A stretch of DNA of 64,000 bases from a virus. Its lineage: Duplodnaviria > Caudoviricetes. Positions 36,502-45,021 of the stretch are shown here, one piece after another. Position 1 is the stretch's first letter. Each line of letters begins with the position of its first letter. The notes beneath the pieces were generated by a model, which ran no database searches, had not been told where the DNA came from, and saw only the letters and a program-made list of their open reading frames with translations. Location: IMG/VR virus record IMGVR_UViG_3300049144_000095, positions 96,001 to 160,000 of that record. One strand, given 5' to 3'. A program made the position numbers and the translations under genes.

Positions 36502-36882
36502 ATGCTCAACGAGGCAGCCAAGGCGTCGCTCGTGCGTCGCTACGCCAAGTCCGCACACAAGGAGTACATCGCACGACTGGACACCATGCGGGAGATCCTG
36601 GCCGACAGGCCGATGAACCTGGACGGGGATCACTTCACGAACTTCTACACCGCCCGAGCCCTGTATGCCCTCTACTCGGAAGCGCTCGCCCTGAACGCGG
36701 TCGGCGGCAGCGACTACAGCGACGACAAGGTGCTCGACCGCATCCGGGACGCCCGCACCTCTCAGCTCCGGTGGCTGCTCACCAACAAGCTGGTCAACGG
36801 CGGCATGTACGGCCTGACCCAGCAGATCCTGGAGAACGCGGCGCGCAAGTTCATCTCCGACATGACCGTCATCGAGGAGTGA
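36502..36882 (+). CDS. hypothetical protein
   Basis: GAGGAAAGAGAGAAG upstream. Confidence 0.8.
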   Translation: MLNEAAKASLVRRYAKSAHKEYIARLDTMREILADRPMNLDGDHFTNFYTARALYALYSEALALNAVGGSDYSDDKVLDRIRDARTSQLRWLLTNKLVNGGMYGLTQQILENAARKFISDMTVIEE

Positions 36883-36887
36883 TCACG

Positions 36888-37040
36888 GTGCAAACGGGCT
36901 GGTACCGCCGGTACCGGCAGGAGTACGCGCGGCAGCGGGCGGAGGGTGCAACCCACGAGAACGCCCGCAAGGCGGCCATCCGCATGCTGCGCGCCGAGAA
37001 CACACGCCAGGACGCTCCGTCCGGCGAAACGGAAGGGTGA
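36888..37040 (+). CDS. small basic hypothetical protein
   Basis: GAGGAG upstream. Confidence 0.55.
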   Translation: MQTGWYRRYRQEYARQRAEGATHENARKAAIRMLRAENTRQDAPSGETEG

Positions 37041-37050
37041 GGAGCCACAG

Positions 37051-37257
37051 ATGGACAGCGTACGGCCGGACGCCAGCACGGACGAGATCCTGGAGAACAT
37101 CCGGGAGGTCCAGATCCTCATGACGCGGAACCGGGACGTGGACACGGCGGCCGATCTCGGCGCCACGCTCGCCGACCTGGTGGCGGAACTCGACAAGCGC
37201 TTGGCGAGCGGTGAAGTCCTGCCGCAGGCGTGGCGCGGCAGCATCAGGGAGAACTGA
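37051..37257 (+). CDS. hypothetical protein
   Basis: GAGGAG upstream. Confidence 0.7.
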   Translation: MDSVRPDASTDEILENIREVQILMTRNRDVDTAADLGATLADLVAELDKRLASGEVLPQAWRGSIREN

Positions 37258-37258
37258 G

Positions 37259-37486
37259 ATGGGGATGCACAGCAAGTGCGGGGCGGCCCTTGAGATTGAG
37301 GGCCAGCCCACGCTGATCTGCTGGCGTAGCCCGGGGCACACCAGCTCCAACGTCGACTACCGCCGCAGGCACTACGACCCCGACAAGGACAGGTCGTGGG
37401 ACAGCGAGAACGTCTACGACGAGGACGGGGAGGTCATCCTCGCGGGCCGTCCGAGGATCTTGGAGACAGAAGGCCGGAGCGCCTGA
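37259..37486 (+). CDS. hypothetical protein (H..C..C...H..H)
   Basis: GGGAGAA upstream. Confidence 0.7.
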   Translation: MGMHSKCGAALEIEGQPTLICWRSPGHTSSNVDYRRRHYDPDKDRSWDSENVYDEDGEVILAGRPRILETEGRSA

Positions 37487-37566
37487 TGGTGCCCCGCGAG
37501 CGGCCGGACGCCCGGTCGCTCGCGGAGTGCTCTCAGTCCGGGAGCCATTCGGAGAGGAGGAAGGGG

Positions 37567-37869
37567 ATGACCGGTCCCGTCGATCGTTTGGAACGGCACC
37601 TCCAGGAAACCCTGGAGGCGATCAGAGGTCTCAAGGATGGCCGCAATGCCGTCAACTTCCCTGCGCTGCACCTGCTGTTCACAGCCAAGTCCGAAAACCA
37701 GCGCCTCTATGTGACGGCGCTTGACTCCACGGGATTCTTCTTCCGGGGTCTCGTCATGGATGTCGATGCTGGCCGGGAGCGATTCTCGGTCCTCGCCGAC
37801 GACGGCGAAGTGGTCTCCGGAATGGACGCCGGGCAAATACTTGCCGTGCGAATCCAAGACAAAATCTGA
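37567..37869 (+). CDS. hypothetical protein
   Basis: GGAGAGGAGGAAGGGG upstream. Confidence 0.7.
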   Translation: MTGPVDRLERHLQETLEAIRGLKDGRNAVNFPALHLLFTAKSENQRLYVTALDSTGFFFRGLVMDVDAGRERFSVLADDGEVVSGMDAGQILAVRIQDKI

Positions 37870-37891
37870 AGAGTCGAGCGATCATGTATGG

Positions 37892-38140
37892 ATGGGCATA
37901 GTCAATCCGGGTGAACCGCCGCAGCGGAACCTCCGGAGTATCGCGGAGGAGTTCGACTCGCTATGGGCGGAGTCCAGGCAGCACGCCGCGAACCGTCCTG
38001 GGGTCTCGCTGGAGGAGCTGAAGAAGCAGTCCTCGAAATTGCGCCGCACGGCACGGCTGAGCATCAAGCCGGAGCGCTTCGGCGGGATCCGCAAGGGCGA
38101 GCACTGCTCCTGGCCCGAGAGTTCGAAGAGAGCTGGCTGA
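37892..38140 (+). CDS. hypothetical protein
   Basis: Fills the gap on +; weak SD. Confidence 0.45.
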   Translation: MGIVNPGEPPQRNLRSIAEEFDSLWAESRQHAANRPGVSLEELKKQSSKLRRTARLSIKPERFGGIRKGEHCSWPESSKRAG

Positions 38141-38265
38141 GATCCTGGAGAAACGCCAGGACCGTCGGCACGTTGTCTGGGAGAATCGCAGCACGGTGGG
38201 GTGATGACCGTCGCAGCGCAAAAGACCGCGCGGAGCGGTGATTTCGGAAAGAAGGAGAAGAAACG

Positions 38266-38763
38266 ATGGCTGGACGTGCCTTCAAGCGACCCGCTGGTGT
38301 CCGATGGAACTCGGCGTGGCCGTACGACAAGCAGCCCGAGATGAAGCCCAGCGAGGGTGATTGGGAGATGGCCATCTCGATCAGCCCCACCATGAGCGGC
38401 CTGGTGGTCTTCTACCCCGCCACGGAGGGCGCCCCCTGGGTGGCGGACAACGGCTACAAGCAGGTCTCGCTCAAGCCCTTCTACCGTGTCGGCGGCAAGG
38501 GCGACGCCGAGCGCTTCTGTGTGATGTTCTGCTCCCGGGGCCACGGTAAGCACTGGGCTCTGGAGCAGCACCAGGACGGCATCCTGTGGGGTTTCAACTG
38601 GTCGTCGCTGACGATGAGTACCGTGCGCCTGGCCTCCCAGGTGGCCGACCACTTCTTCCACGGCCGGACGAACGAGGCGTGGGCGGTCGGCCGCGCCTTC
38701 GAGGAGCTACTGCGGGCCGCCGAGAACGCCGAATACGAGAAGAAACACGGAGTCAAGGCATGA
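38266..38763 (+). CDS. hypothetical protein
   Basis: CGGAAAGAAGGAGAAG upstream. Confidence 0.85.
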   Translation: MAGRAFKRPAGVRWNSAWPYDKQPEMKPSEGDWEMAISISPTMSGLVVFYPATEGAPWVADNGYKQVSLKPFYRVGGKGDAERFCVMFCSRGHGKHWALEQHQDGILWGFNWSSLTMSTVRLASQVADHFFHGRTNEAWAVGRAFEELLRAAENAEYEKKHGVKA

Positions 38764-39098
38764 CGCGCATCGACATCAACGTGGCCCCGGGACCGGTTGA
38801 CCCGGTTGCGACCATCGGCTACCTGGAGGCATGGGCTGACGACCCGGAGACCTTCGACGGCTACCTGGAGCACCCCGATCTTCCTGCCGACAAGCTGGTG
38901 ATCAACGGAGCCTCCGAGGCGTGGGCCCGCTACCGGGTACTGCGCGCCTACCTGGACGCCTGCCTCAAGGAGATCGACGGGACGGGCGGGCAGGTCGGAG
39001 GCGCCCAGAAGTTCACCATCCTGGAGAACAGCAAGCTCCTCGCCGCTGTCGCCGAGGAGATGGAAGCGGTGCTGTTCCAGCACGTACAAGCTGACTGA
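38760..39098 (+). CDS. hypothetical protein
   Basis: ATGA overlap. Confidence 0.8.
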   Translation: MTRIDINVAPGPVDPVATIGYLEAWADDPETFDGYLEHPDLPADKLVINGASEAWARYRVLRAYLDACLKEIDGTGGQVGGAQKFTILENSKLLAAVAEEMEAVLFQHVQAD

Positions 39099-39186
39099 TC
39101 ACGGTACGGTCCGGTCGCGCATGGGGGTTTCCGTGCGCGTGCCGAATTGCCACCGTGGCAATCAACTCCGGAAGGGAGAAGAAGAA

Positions 39187-39639
39187 ATGGCTCAGAGCGA
39201 GGTGTTCCGCACCTACGAGGGGCTGTTCCGCGTCCTCGTGGAGCAGGTGATCGACGGCGAGAAGGTCGACTGGTACCTCGTCAGCCGCAAGGAGATCGCC
39301 ACGCCGGACAGGCTCGTGGCGCACATGGCGGCCGTGCGGGAGTTCCTGAGCGGGGCCGCCGTCGACTGGACCGGTGAGACCACCGAGTCCGGCTACGTGT
39401 TCGCCATGAAGGGGGCTGAGCGGCGTCTGCTCTGGGCCCGCTACGGCGACGAGTGGATCGCCCAGGACAGGGAGAGCCGCTGGATGATCGTGGAGCACCC
39501 CGACGGCAAGAACCAGGGCGGCCGTCTCTTCACGTTGTCCTCGCGCCCTCTCGACGGCGGGGCGTACACGGAGATCGCCCCGGACCTCGGAAGCCTGGAG
39601 GCCGCCAAGAAGACCGCCGAGAAGAAGGCGAGCTGGTGA
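39187..39639 (+). CDS. hypothetical protein
   Basis: CCGGAAGGGAGAAGAAG upstream. Confidence 0.8.
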   Translation: MAQSEVFRTYEGLFRVLVEQVIDGEKVDWYLVSRKEIATPDRLVAHMAAVREFLSGAAVDWTGETTESGYVFAMKGAERRLLWARYGDEWIAQDRESRWMIVEHPDGKNQGGRLFTLSSRPLDGGAYTEIAPDLGSLEAAKKTAEKKASW

Positions 39640-39932
39640 CCCCCGAGAATGCGGTCGACAAGGCGCCGGTCCGCTACGTCTGGACGGAGCGGGACATCGA
39701 AGCCCAACCCGTCATGGGAACGCTTGCCGAGTACGCGCGAAGCCGGGAGATGGCCCACCTCTCGGGCGCCTACGTCGTATCGGAGAGCGTCTGGACCTGC
39801 GACGAACAGGGTCAGCTCGTGGAGCACCCGGTGAAGGTCGAGCGGGGTCAGATGACTGACAACTACCGGATCCCGATGGAGTACCAGGCGAACGACGAGA
39901 CGGTCATCTACTTCGCCGACGGAGCGGCCTGA
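39636..39932 (+). CDS. hypothetical protein
   Basis: GTGA overlap. Confidence 0.75.
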   Translation: MTPENAVDKAPVRYVWTERDIEAQPVMGTLAEYARSREMAHLSGAYVVSESVWTCDEQGQLVEHPVKVERGQMTDNYRIPMEYQANDETVIYFADGAA

Positions 39933-39950
39933 TGGAAAGGGGAGGGTGAG

Positions 39951-40655
39951 ATGACGGAGCACAAGCTGCCCGACTGGGTGCGGGAAGGGCTCAGCGGCCT
40001 CTCGGTCGAGCGGGAATTGCCGAAGTGGCCCGTCCTTCAGGTGGTCGGCCAGGACGTGAGGCCCGAGCTGGGCCGGGAGATCTGTCTGCGTACCACGCGG
40101 CCGGGCACGGCGTTCTCGGGCGGCACCGATGAGTGGACCGCCACTCTTGCCGCCGCCTACGGAGTGACGCTGGACGAGCACGGCTGGATGTCCTACGAGG
40201 AAGAAGAGCGCGTACGTGAAGAGCTGGGGATCCTGGAGCTGAGGTATCTGGGGAACGACAGGATCAGGGCCAGCCGGTTCGACCTGCCGTCCGGGTGGTG
40301 CGACTGGAACGGCGCGATCGGCACCGACGGAACCCATCTGGGCGACAAGTGGCCCACCCTGGAGGGCCTGAACCGGGAGCTGGAGCTGATCGCGCAGACC
40401 TGGCCGGGACTGGCCATGACGGTCCAGCTCTCGAACTACCGGGACCCCGAACGGATGCACGAGTACTGGCCGTTCCTCACCTGGATCATCGCGGACGGGC
40501 AGGTCGAGCTGTGCCGGGAGCCCGGCTTCCTGCTCCGTCCGGTGCGGCTGCCGGTGGCTAAGTCTTCGGAACAGCTCACGAAGGAGGCCGGGCGCGGCGT
40601 CGGTATCAAGACGCTGCGCCTCGCCGTCAACGAGGTGAAGGAGAAGGACGGGTGA
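39951..40655 (+). CDS. hypothetical protein (234 aa)
   Basis: GGAAAGGGGAGG upstream. Confidence 0.85.
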   Translation: MTEHKLPDWVREGLSGLSVERELPKWPVLQVVGQDVRPELGREICLRTTRPGTAFSGGTDEWTATLAAAYGVTLDEHGWMSYEEEERVREELGILELRYLGNDRIRASRFDLPSGWCDWNGAIGTDGTHLGDKWPTLEGLNRELELIAQTWPGLAMTVQLSNYRDPERMHEYWPFLTWIIADGQVELCREPGFLLRPVRLPVAKSSEQLTKEAGRGVGIKTLRLAVNEVKEKDG

Positions 40656-41086
40656 GCGAGAAGCTGGACATGAGCGACTGGGGAGAGGTCACGATCCGCA
40701 CACCGGGGGCGTTCGCCGACGTGACGGACGTGCACCGCGTGATCAGCGAGCTGTTCCCCCACGAGAGTGTCCACAAGTACCAGCAGCGGTCCACCGAGGC
40801 GGGCATGCGCGAAGCCGTCGCCGACTTCCGTCGGGTCGCCGATCGGCGGCTGGCAGGCAAGGGTGAGGCCGGAAAGCTGGCCCGGGATCTGATCGAGGAG
40901 ATCCTGGGTCACTTCGACCCGGACCATGAGGACTGGGGCGGCTTCTTCCCCAGCACGCTGGTCTGCCCGCTGCACGACCAGCCCGAGTCGTCCCGGGCCA
41001 ACGCCTACGGGAGAATGCTCCCGCTGTTCAGCAAGTGCCCGGGGGTCCCTCGGTGCCGGGCGCACGAGGGGGTGCGGGTCGAGTGA
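40652..41086 (+). CDS. hypothetical protein (tandem paralog of 41083-41481)
   Basis: DW.EVT+R.P; GG.+PS.+.C..H..CPG.P.C. Confidence 0.8.
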   Translation: MSEKLDMSDWGEVTIRTPGAFADVTDVHRVISELFPHESVHKYQQRSTEAGMREAVADFRRVADRRLAGKGEAGKLARDLIEEILGHFDPDHEDWGGFFPSTLVCPLHDQPESSRANAYGRMLPLFSKCPGVPRCRAHEGVRVE

Positions 41087-41481
41087 GTCAGGACTGGACC
41101 GAGGTCACCGTCCGGATGCCGAAGCGTTTCACGGCCACCCCGCAGGAGATCCTGGAGTTCCTGCGGGAGTACTTCGCAGAGGACCAAGTTCTGGGCTTCC
41201 TGTGGTCGGTCGGAGATGCGGCGGTACATCAGGCGGCGGAGGAGCTGCGGGGACGTTCGTCGGACATCTCTTTCCAGGGGTACATCGACCACGATCCGGA
41301 GTACGAAGCTCGATCCGAGGAGTGGTCCGAGGCCGCCGACGAGATCGACCCTGCCGAGGGTGGCGGTCACTACCCGTCGAGGATGCTCTGTTTCAGGCAC
41401 GGCGAAATCGGCCCGGTGAAGGCTCTGCCGTGCCCCGGCACCCCGGAGTGCGGACCGGCGAAATGGAAGGAGGGGACGTGA
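41083..41481 (+). CDS. hypothetical protein (tandem paralog of 40652-41086)
   Basis: GTGA overlap; same motifs. Confidence 0.8.
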   Translation: MSQDWTEVTVRMPKRFTATPQEILEFLREYFAEDQVLGFLWSVGDAAVHQAAEELRGRSSDISFQGYIDHDPEYEARSEEWSEAADEIDPAEGGGHYPSRMLCFRHGEIGPVKALPCPGTPECGPAKWKEGT

Positions 41482-41738
41482 TCGGCGACAGCGTCGAACG
41501 CAGTGAGACCTACGCCTGGGCCCGGCGTCACGGCCTGCACGACCCGTACGACTTCGCGATCACCTACGAAGACACATGGGGCGCCAAGGAGGAGCTTGCC
41601 GAGTGCGCCCGCCGGTGGGAACGCAAGCACCTCATGGACCGCAAGCAGCGCATCGAGGAGGAGATGAAGGAGCTGCGCCGGAAGGCCGAGACCATCGAGA
41701 ACGGCCTGGAGCGCATCGAGACCTACGTGTACGACTAG
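41478..41738 (+). CDS. coiled-coil hypothetical protein
   Basis: GGAAGGAGGGG upstream. Confidence 0.75.
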   Translation: MIGDSVERSETYAWARRHGLHDPYDFAITYEDTWGAKEELAECARRWERKHLMDRKQRIEEEMKELRRKAETIENGLERIETYVYD

Positions 41739-41787
41739 CAGGCATCGGCGGTCCGCCGGTGAGCAGACGGAGAGGAGGAGTCGCGAC

Positions 41788-42039
41788 GTGAGCGTGAAGG
41801 GTCACAAGCCCACCGAGATGGGCCCCGAGATGCGGTGCATCTGGGATCACGAACCCTGGCCGTGCGGGACGGTGAAGCTGATCGCGGAGATCCGGCGGGG
41901 TATCGCCGCTGAGGTGCGGCCGACAACACCCGAGCCCAGAGGCTCCTGGCCTGGTGCTGAGATTCAGTACGAACGGTGGCAGACCCGCATGGACGTGGCC
42001 GAGGAGATCGAGGACGGGATCCCGGAGGGTCTGCGGTGA
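41788..42039 (+). CDS. hypothetical protein (C..D...WPC motif)
   Basis: GGAGAGGAGGAG upstream. Confidence 0.75.
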   Translation: MSVKGHKPTEMGPEMRCIWDHEPWPCGTVKLIAEIRRGIAAEVRPTTPEPRGSWPGAEIQYERWQTRMDVAEEIEDGIPEGLR

Positions 42040-42434
42040 GCAAGTACACGGACGAACTTGAGACAGCCTTCGGCATCTTCAATGTCTCCCGGCTTGCACG
42101 CCGCTACCGGTGCCCGGTGATCACGTTCGAGACCCAGCATGCTCACGCGCTGGGCTGGAGTGACCACCGGGCGGCGGTCAGCTACCCCAGGGACGGCGAA
42201 CGGCAGATCAGGACGCTCCGCATCCGGCAGGGCATCAGAGGTCTGGCGGAGAGCCGGGCCGCGCACCTGGAGGCCGCCATCAAGGTGGCCGCCGAGGAAG
42301 GGCTGGGCGTGGAGGAGTGGGTTCCCTCGGGGTTCCCGAACGCCTGGATCCCGGCGGACGTGAAGGCCCGGATCAAGGCCGAGCTGAAGGGGTGGCGCCA
42401 GCAACGGCCCAAGACGGAGAGCGAGAAGAACTGA
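42036..42434 (+). CDS. hypothetical protein
   Basis: GTGA overlap. Confidence 0.75.
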   Translation: MSKYTDELETAFGIFNVSRLARRYRCPVITFETQHAHALGWSDHRAAVSYPRDGERQIRTLRIRQGIRGLAESRAAHLEAAIKVAAEEGLGVEEWVPSGFPNAWIPADVKARIKAELKGWRQQRPKTESEKN

Positions 42435-42814
42435 TGTTCAAGGACTGTACGGCGGCCGAACTGGCTGACCTGCTGGAGACGGCGGCGAAGGAGCCGAAGT
42501 ACACGGGCGGCTTGTCCATGCTGGACGAGGCGACGATGGCCTTCGGTCGCTTCTCCCCCGAGATCGCCTCAGCTCATCAGCGGTTCGCCGAGGCGCGTCT
42601 CAACCACCTGCACCGTCATCGCGCGCCCGACCCCGAGGTGCTGGAGGAGAAGGTCGTGGGCGCCGCCAGGGGGTTGGCGGTCCTGCTGCGTCCCCTTGGG
42701 GATGTGCGCGTGGCGCGCTGCAAGCGGCAGGCCGGGTGGGGCACCTGCGGCCTGCCGCTCGACGACGACGGCACGTGCCGGTCTTCCCTGGGGCATGCGG
42801 ACGAAGGGGCCTGA
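42434..42814 (+). CDS. hypothetical protein with C-terminal C..C..C..H
   Basis: TGATG overlap. Confidence 0.75.
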   Translation: MFKDCTAAELADLLETAAKEPKYTGGLSMLDEATMAFGRFSPEIASAHQRFAEARLNHLHRHRAPDPEVLEEKVVGAARGLAVLLRPLGDVRVARCKRQAGWGTCGLPLDDDGTCRSSLGHADEGA

Positions 42815-42816
42815 GG

Positions 42817-43128
42817 ATGGAACGGCCCGGCATGGCCACGGTGGAGCGGTGGCTGAGGCACACCTCCCTCCAGTCACAGGGTGAGACGGTCTATCAGATC
42901 GCCAGCGAGCTGCGCGGGGAAGTCAACGGGCTGTGGGCGGCCATGAACGGCGCCGTCACGGCCCGGCCCGGCAAGAAGGAGCAGGCCCGCCGGGAGGCGG
43001 TCATCCTCGGCATGAAGCGGGCCCTGATGGTGGCTCTCGGAATGCCTCCGGGGCCCGTGGACGTCGTGGACACGTTCCTGGAGGAGTTCAAACAGGAACG
43101 CCTGGAGGCTCGTCGCAAGAACCTCTGA
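42817..43128 (+). CDS. hypothetical protein
   Basis: Co-oriented; 2 nt after upstream stop. Confidence 0.7.
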   Translation: MERPGMATVERWLRHTSLQSQGETVYQIASELRGEVNGLWAAMNGAVTARPGKKEQARREAVILGMKRALMVALGMPPGPVDVVDTFLEEFKQERLEARRKNL

Positions 43129-43163
43129 GCAAGCGAACACACCGGAAAGAGAGAAGGAAACGC

Positions 43164-43238
43164 ATGGACCGCGCCATCGACGCCATCGTCACGGCCATCA
43201 TCCTCATCCTCACGAAGCGGGAAGAGCGACGCCGATAG
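43164..43238 (+). CDS. micro-peptide (24 aa; MDRAIDAIVTAIILILTKREERRR)
   Basis: CCGGAAAGAGAGAAGG upstream; hydrophobic core and basic tail. Confidence 0.5.
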   Translation: MDRAIDAIVTAIILILTKREERRR

Positions 43239-43254
43239 GCATCACTCCGCCCCC

Positions 43255-43316
43255 GAGGCCGAAACCCCCGACAGGGGGTCGCGGAATGGGTGTCCCGCCT
43301 GACGATGGCCGTCAGC
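43255..43316 (+). ncRNA. type II hammerhead ribozyme HH1; predicted cleavage after C43280 (GUC)
   Basis: GGCC-GAAA-stem III CCCCC/GGGGG-TC-stem I GCGG/CCGC-CTGACGA-T-GGCC; all core nucleotides present, extra U between A9 and G10.1. Confidence 0.85.
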
Positions 43317-43338
43317 AAGCAACCGGCAAGGAGAAGAA

Positions 43339-43653
43339 GTGCAGCAGATCACTTTCGGCACGAGTCACCGCCTGAGCGTCTACGCCCTGGGGGACACCAC
43401 CCGTATGAACGTCGAGCGTGCGCTGCGCGTACGCGGTCACGCCAACGTGTCCGTCACGGACGTCGCGGACGACGCCGCCTGGGAGGGGGAGAGCCGCCTG
43501 CGTCTCGTGAGCGGCGCCTACAACGGAGTCGATCCGCACACCGCTCTGTACCTGGTGGCCGACGATCAGACGGAGGCGGCAGTCGCGGAGGCCCTGCATC
43601 TGCTGAAGCCGGACGCCGTCCTCAACAGCCAGTGGATCACTCGGCCCGAGTAG
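43339..43653 (+). CDS. hypothetical protein
   Basis: AAGGAGAGAAG upstream; starts 59 nt after the HH1 cut site. Confidence 0.8.
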   Translation: MQQITFGTSHRLSVYALGDTTRMNVERALRVRGHANVSVTDVADDAAWEGESRLRLVSGAYNGVDPHTALYLVADDQTEAAVAEALHLLKPDAVLNSQWITRPE

Positions 43654-43759
43654 GCCACTCTCTCGGGAGGGTGCGATCCAGGTGGCGACGACGGCAGTTC
43701 GATTCGCCTCTCGCGACTGATTCCCCCTTGACGGGATGCGATCAATACATCACTCCTTG

Positions 43760-43776
43760 TACGATGGCCTAGGCCA
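43760..43776 (+). promoter_or_regulatory. -10-like TACGAT fused to perfect palindrome site 7 (TGGCCTAGGCCA)
   Basis: Intergenic. Confidence 0.75.
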
Positions 43777-43803
43777 CACGGTCATCGGAGAGGAGAGAGA
43801 AAC

Positions 43804-43926
43804 GTGATCGCCGATTTACTGCGCCCGCACGGCTGCTACATCGCCGACATCGAGCAGGGCGGGCAGAGGATGACCATCGTTCACCGCTGCGGAAGCAGCG
43901 ACTGCCCGACCAATCAGGGCGGATGA
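43804..43926 (+). CDS. micro-protein (40 aa; H.C..HRC..C)
   Basis: GGAGAGGAGAGAG upstream; not in ORF track. Confidence 0.55.
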   Translation: MIADLLRPHGCYIADIEQGGQRMTIVHRCGSSDCPTNQGG

Positions 43927-43930
43927 ACAC

Positions 43931-43961
43931 GAGGGGCCCTGGTTGCAACCCAGGGCCCCTC
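43931..43961. terminator. perfect 12-bp hairpin (terminator-like)
   Basis: GAGGGGCCCTGG/CCAGGGCCCCTC; no U-tail. Confidence 0.55.
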
Positions 43962-43966
43962 ACCCG

Positions 43967-43983
43967 TATCGTGACCTAGGCCA
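43967..43983 (+). promoter_or_regulatory. -10-like TATCGT fused to palindrome site 8 (TGACCTAGGCCA)
   Basis: Follows the hairpin; precedes TCGGAAAGGGGAGG and start 44001. Confidence 0.75.
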
Positions 43984-44000
43984 CTCGGAAAGGGGAGGCA

Positions 44001-44405
44001 ATGAGCTTGAGCATGAGCCCAGCCAGAACGCTGAGCATGGACGTACTGGCCAGCAACGGAGAGGCGCTGCGGATCACCGTGCACCGCACCGGCGCAGGCC
44101 ACGTCGAACTGAACAACCTGCTGGAAGTTGCCGAGGTGCTGCGTGACGGAGGCCTCGCCCCCGTGGGCGCGTACAGCGTGCGCGGCTTCCTGTCGCTGGC
44201 CGACGACGACAGCGTGACCATCCTGGACGCCGAGAGTGGTCTGGCCATCCCGAGGCAGTGGACGATCGCGGTCGGCGACTGGCTCCAGATGCTCGCCGAG
44301 GATCTGACGGACGGTCCAGACGGGGCCCCCTCGGTTCAAGTCCACAACGAGGCCTACGGCAACGACCCGGCGATGTGGGCCAGCGGGAAGCTGTCGTCGC
44401 AATAA
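44001..44405 (+). CDS. hypothetical protein
   Basis: TCGGAAAGGGGAGG upstream. Confidence 0.8.
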   Translation: MSLSMSPARTLSMDVLASNGEALRITVHRTGAGHVELNNLLEVAEVLRDGGLAPVGAYSVRGFLSLADDDSVTILDAESGLAIPRQWTIAVGDWLQMLAEDLTDGPDGAPSVQVHNEAYGNDPAMWASGKLSSQ

Positions 44406-44485
44406 GGACGGGGCGACCACCGGATGCCGACCTCATTGTCACTGGGGCGTGGCAGCATCAGCGACTGAACAGAAAGGAGGGGAGG

Positions 44486-44815
44486 GTGACCGTGGTAACG
44501 CCGGACGATTACCTGGGGCCGAGGATCGAGGGCGTGGTCCAATTCCAGGACGGCAAGAGCTACATGGTGAGCGCCAGGCCCCGGAAGGATGTCGGCTTCA
44601 CCGACGGATCGATGATCGGCTTCCGGCCGGTCGGGAAGCGCGGCAGTTCGTGCCTCCAGGTTGGCCTGCTGCGCTGGCTCGTGAGAAACGTGGACGAGCC
44701 GGGCGGGTCACTTGAAGGTCTCGGCCTGCTTTCTACGCTGACCAAGGCCGACGCTGGGACGCTTCTGGCATGGCTGGACGCGCAGGACGGAACGAATGGG
44801 GAGGGTGGTTCATGA
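44486..44815 (+). CDS. hypothetical protein
   Basis: AGAAAGGAGGGG upstream. Confidence 0.75.
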   Translation: MTVVTPDDYLGPRIEGVVQFQDGKSYMVSARPRKDVGFTDGSMIGFRPVGKRGSSCLQVGLLRWLVRNVDEPGGSLEGLGLLSTLTKADAGTLLAWLDAQDGTNGEGGS

Positions 44816-45021
44816 GGTACTTCGAGGTGCACTACGAGGCCCCGGGGGGCGCTCAGTACTACCGGCAGGGCGGTCAGGAGAACCTGGGGTCCACCCTCGG
44901 ATACCAGCGCGCCGAGTCCCTGTACGAGGACGACAGGGGCGTGACCATCACCTTCGATCAGGGCGCTACCATCCAGATCCCCCGCCACCGCCTGATCATG
45001 GTCGTGAAGGGGTCGGCGTGA
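44812..45021 (+). CDS. hypothetical protein
   Basis: ATGA overlap. Confidence 0.75.
   Translation: MRYFEVHYEAPGGAQYYRQGGQENLGSTLGYQRAESLYEDDRGVTITFDQGATIQIPRHRLIMVVKGSA

Noticed and set aside
43660-43720. GTTCGATTC T-loop-like sequence suggesting a tRNA
   Set aside because: No D-arm or anticodon arm, and the T-stem is mismatched; it folds better as a simple hairpin (GGCGA/TCGCC). HDV-like fold not satisfied.
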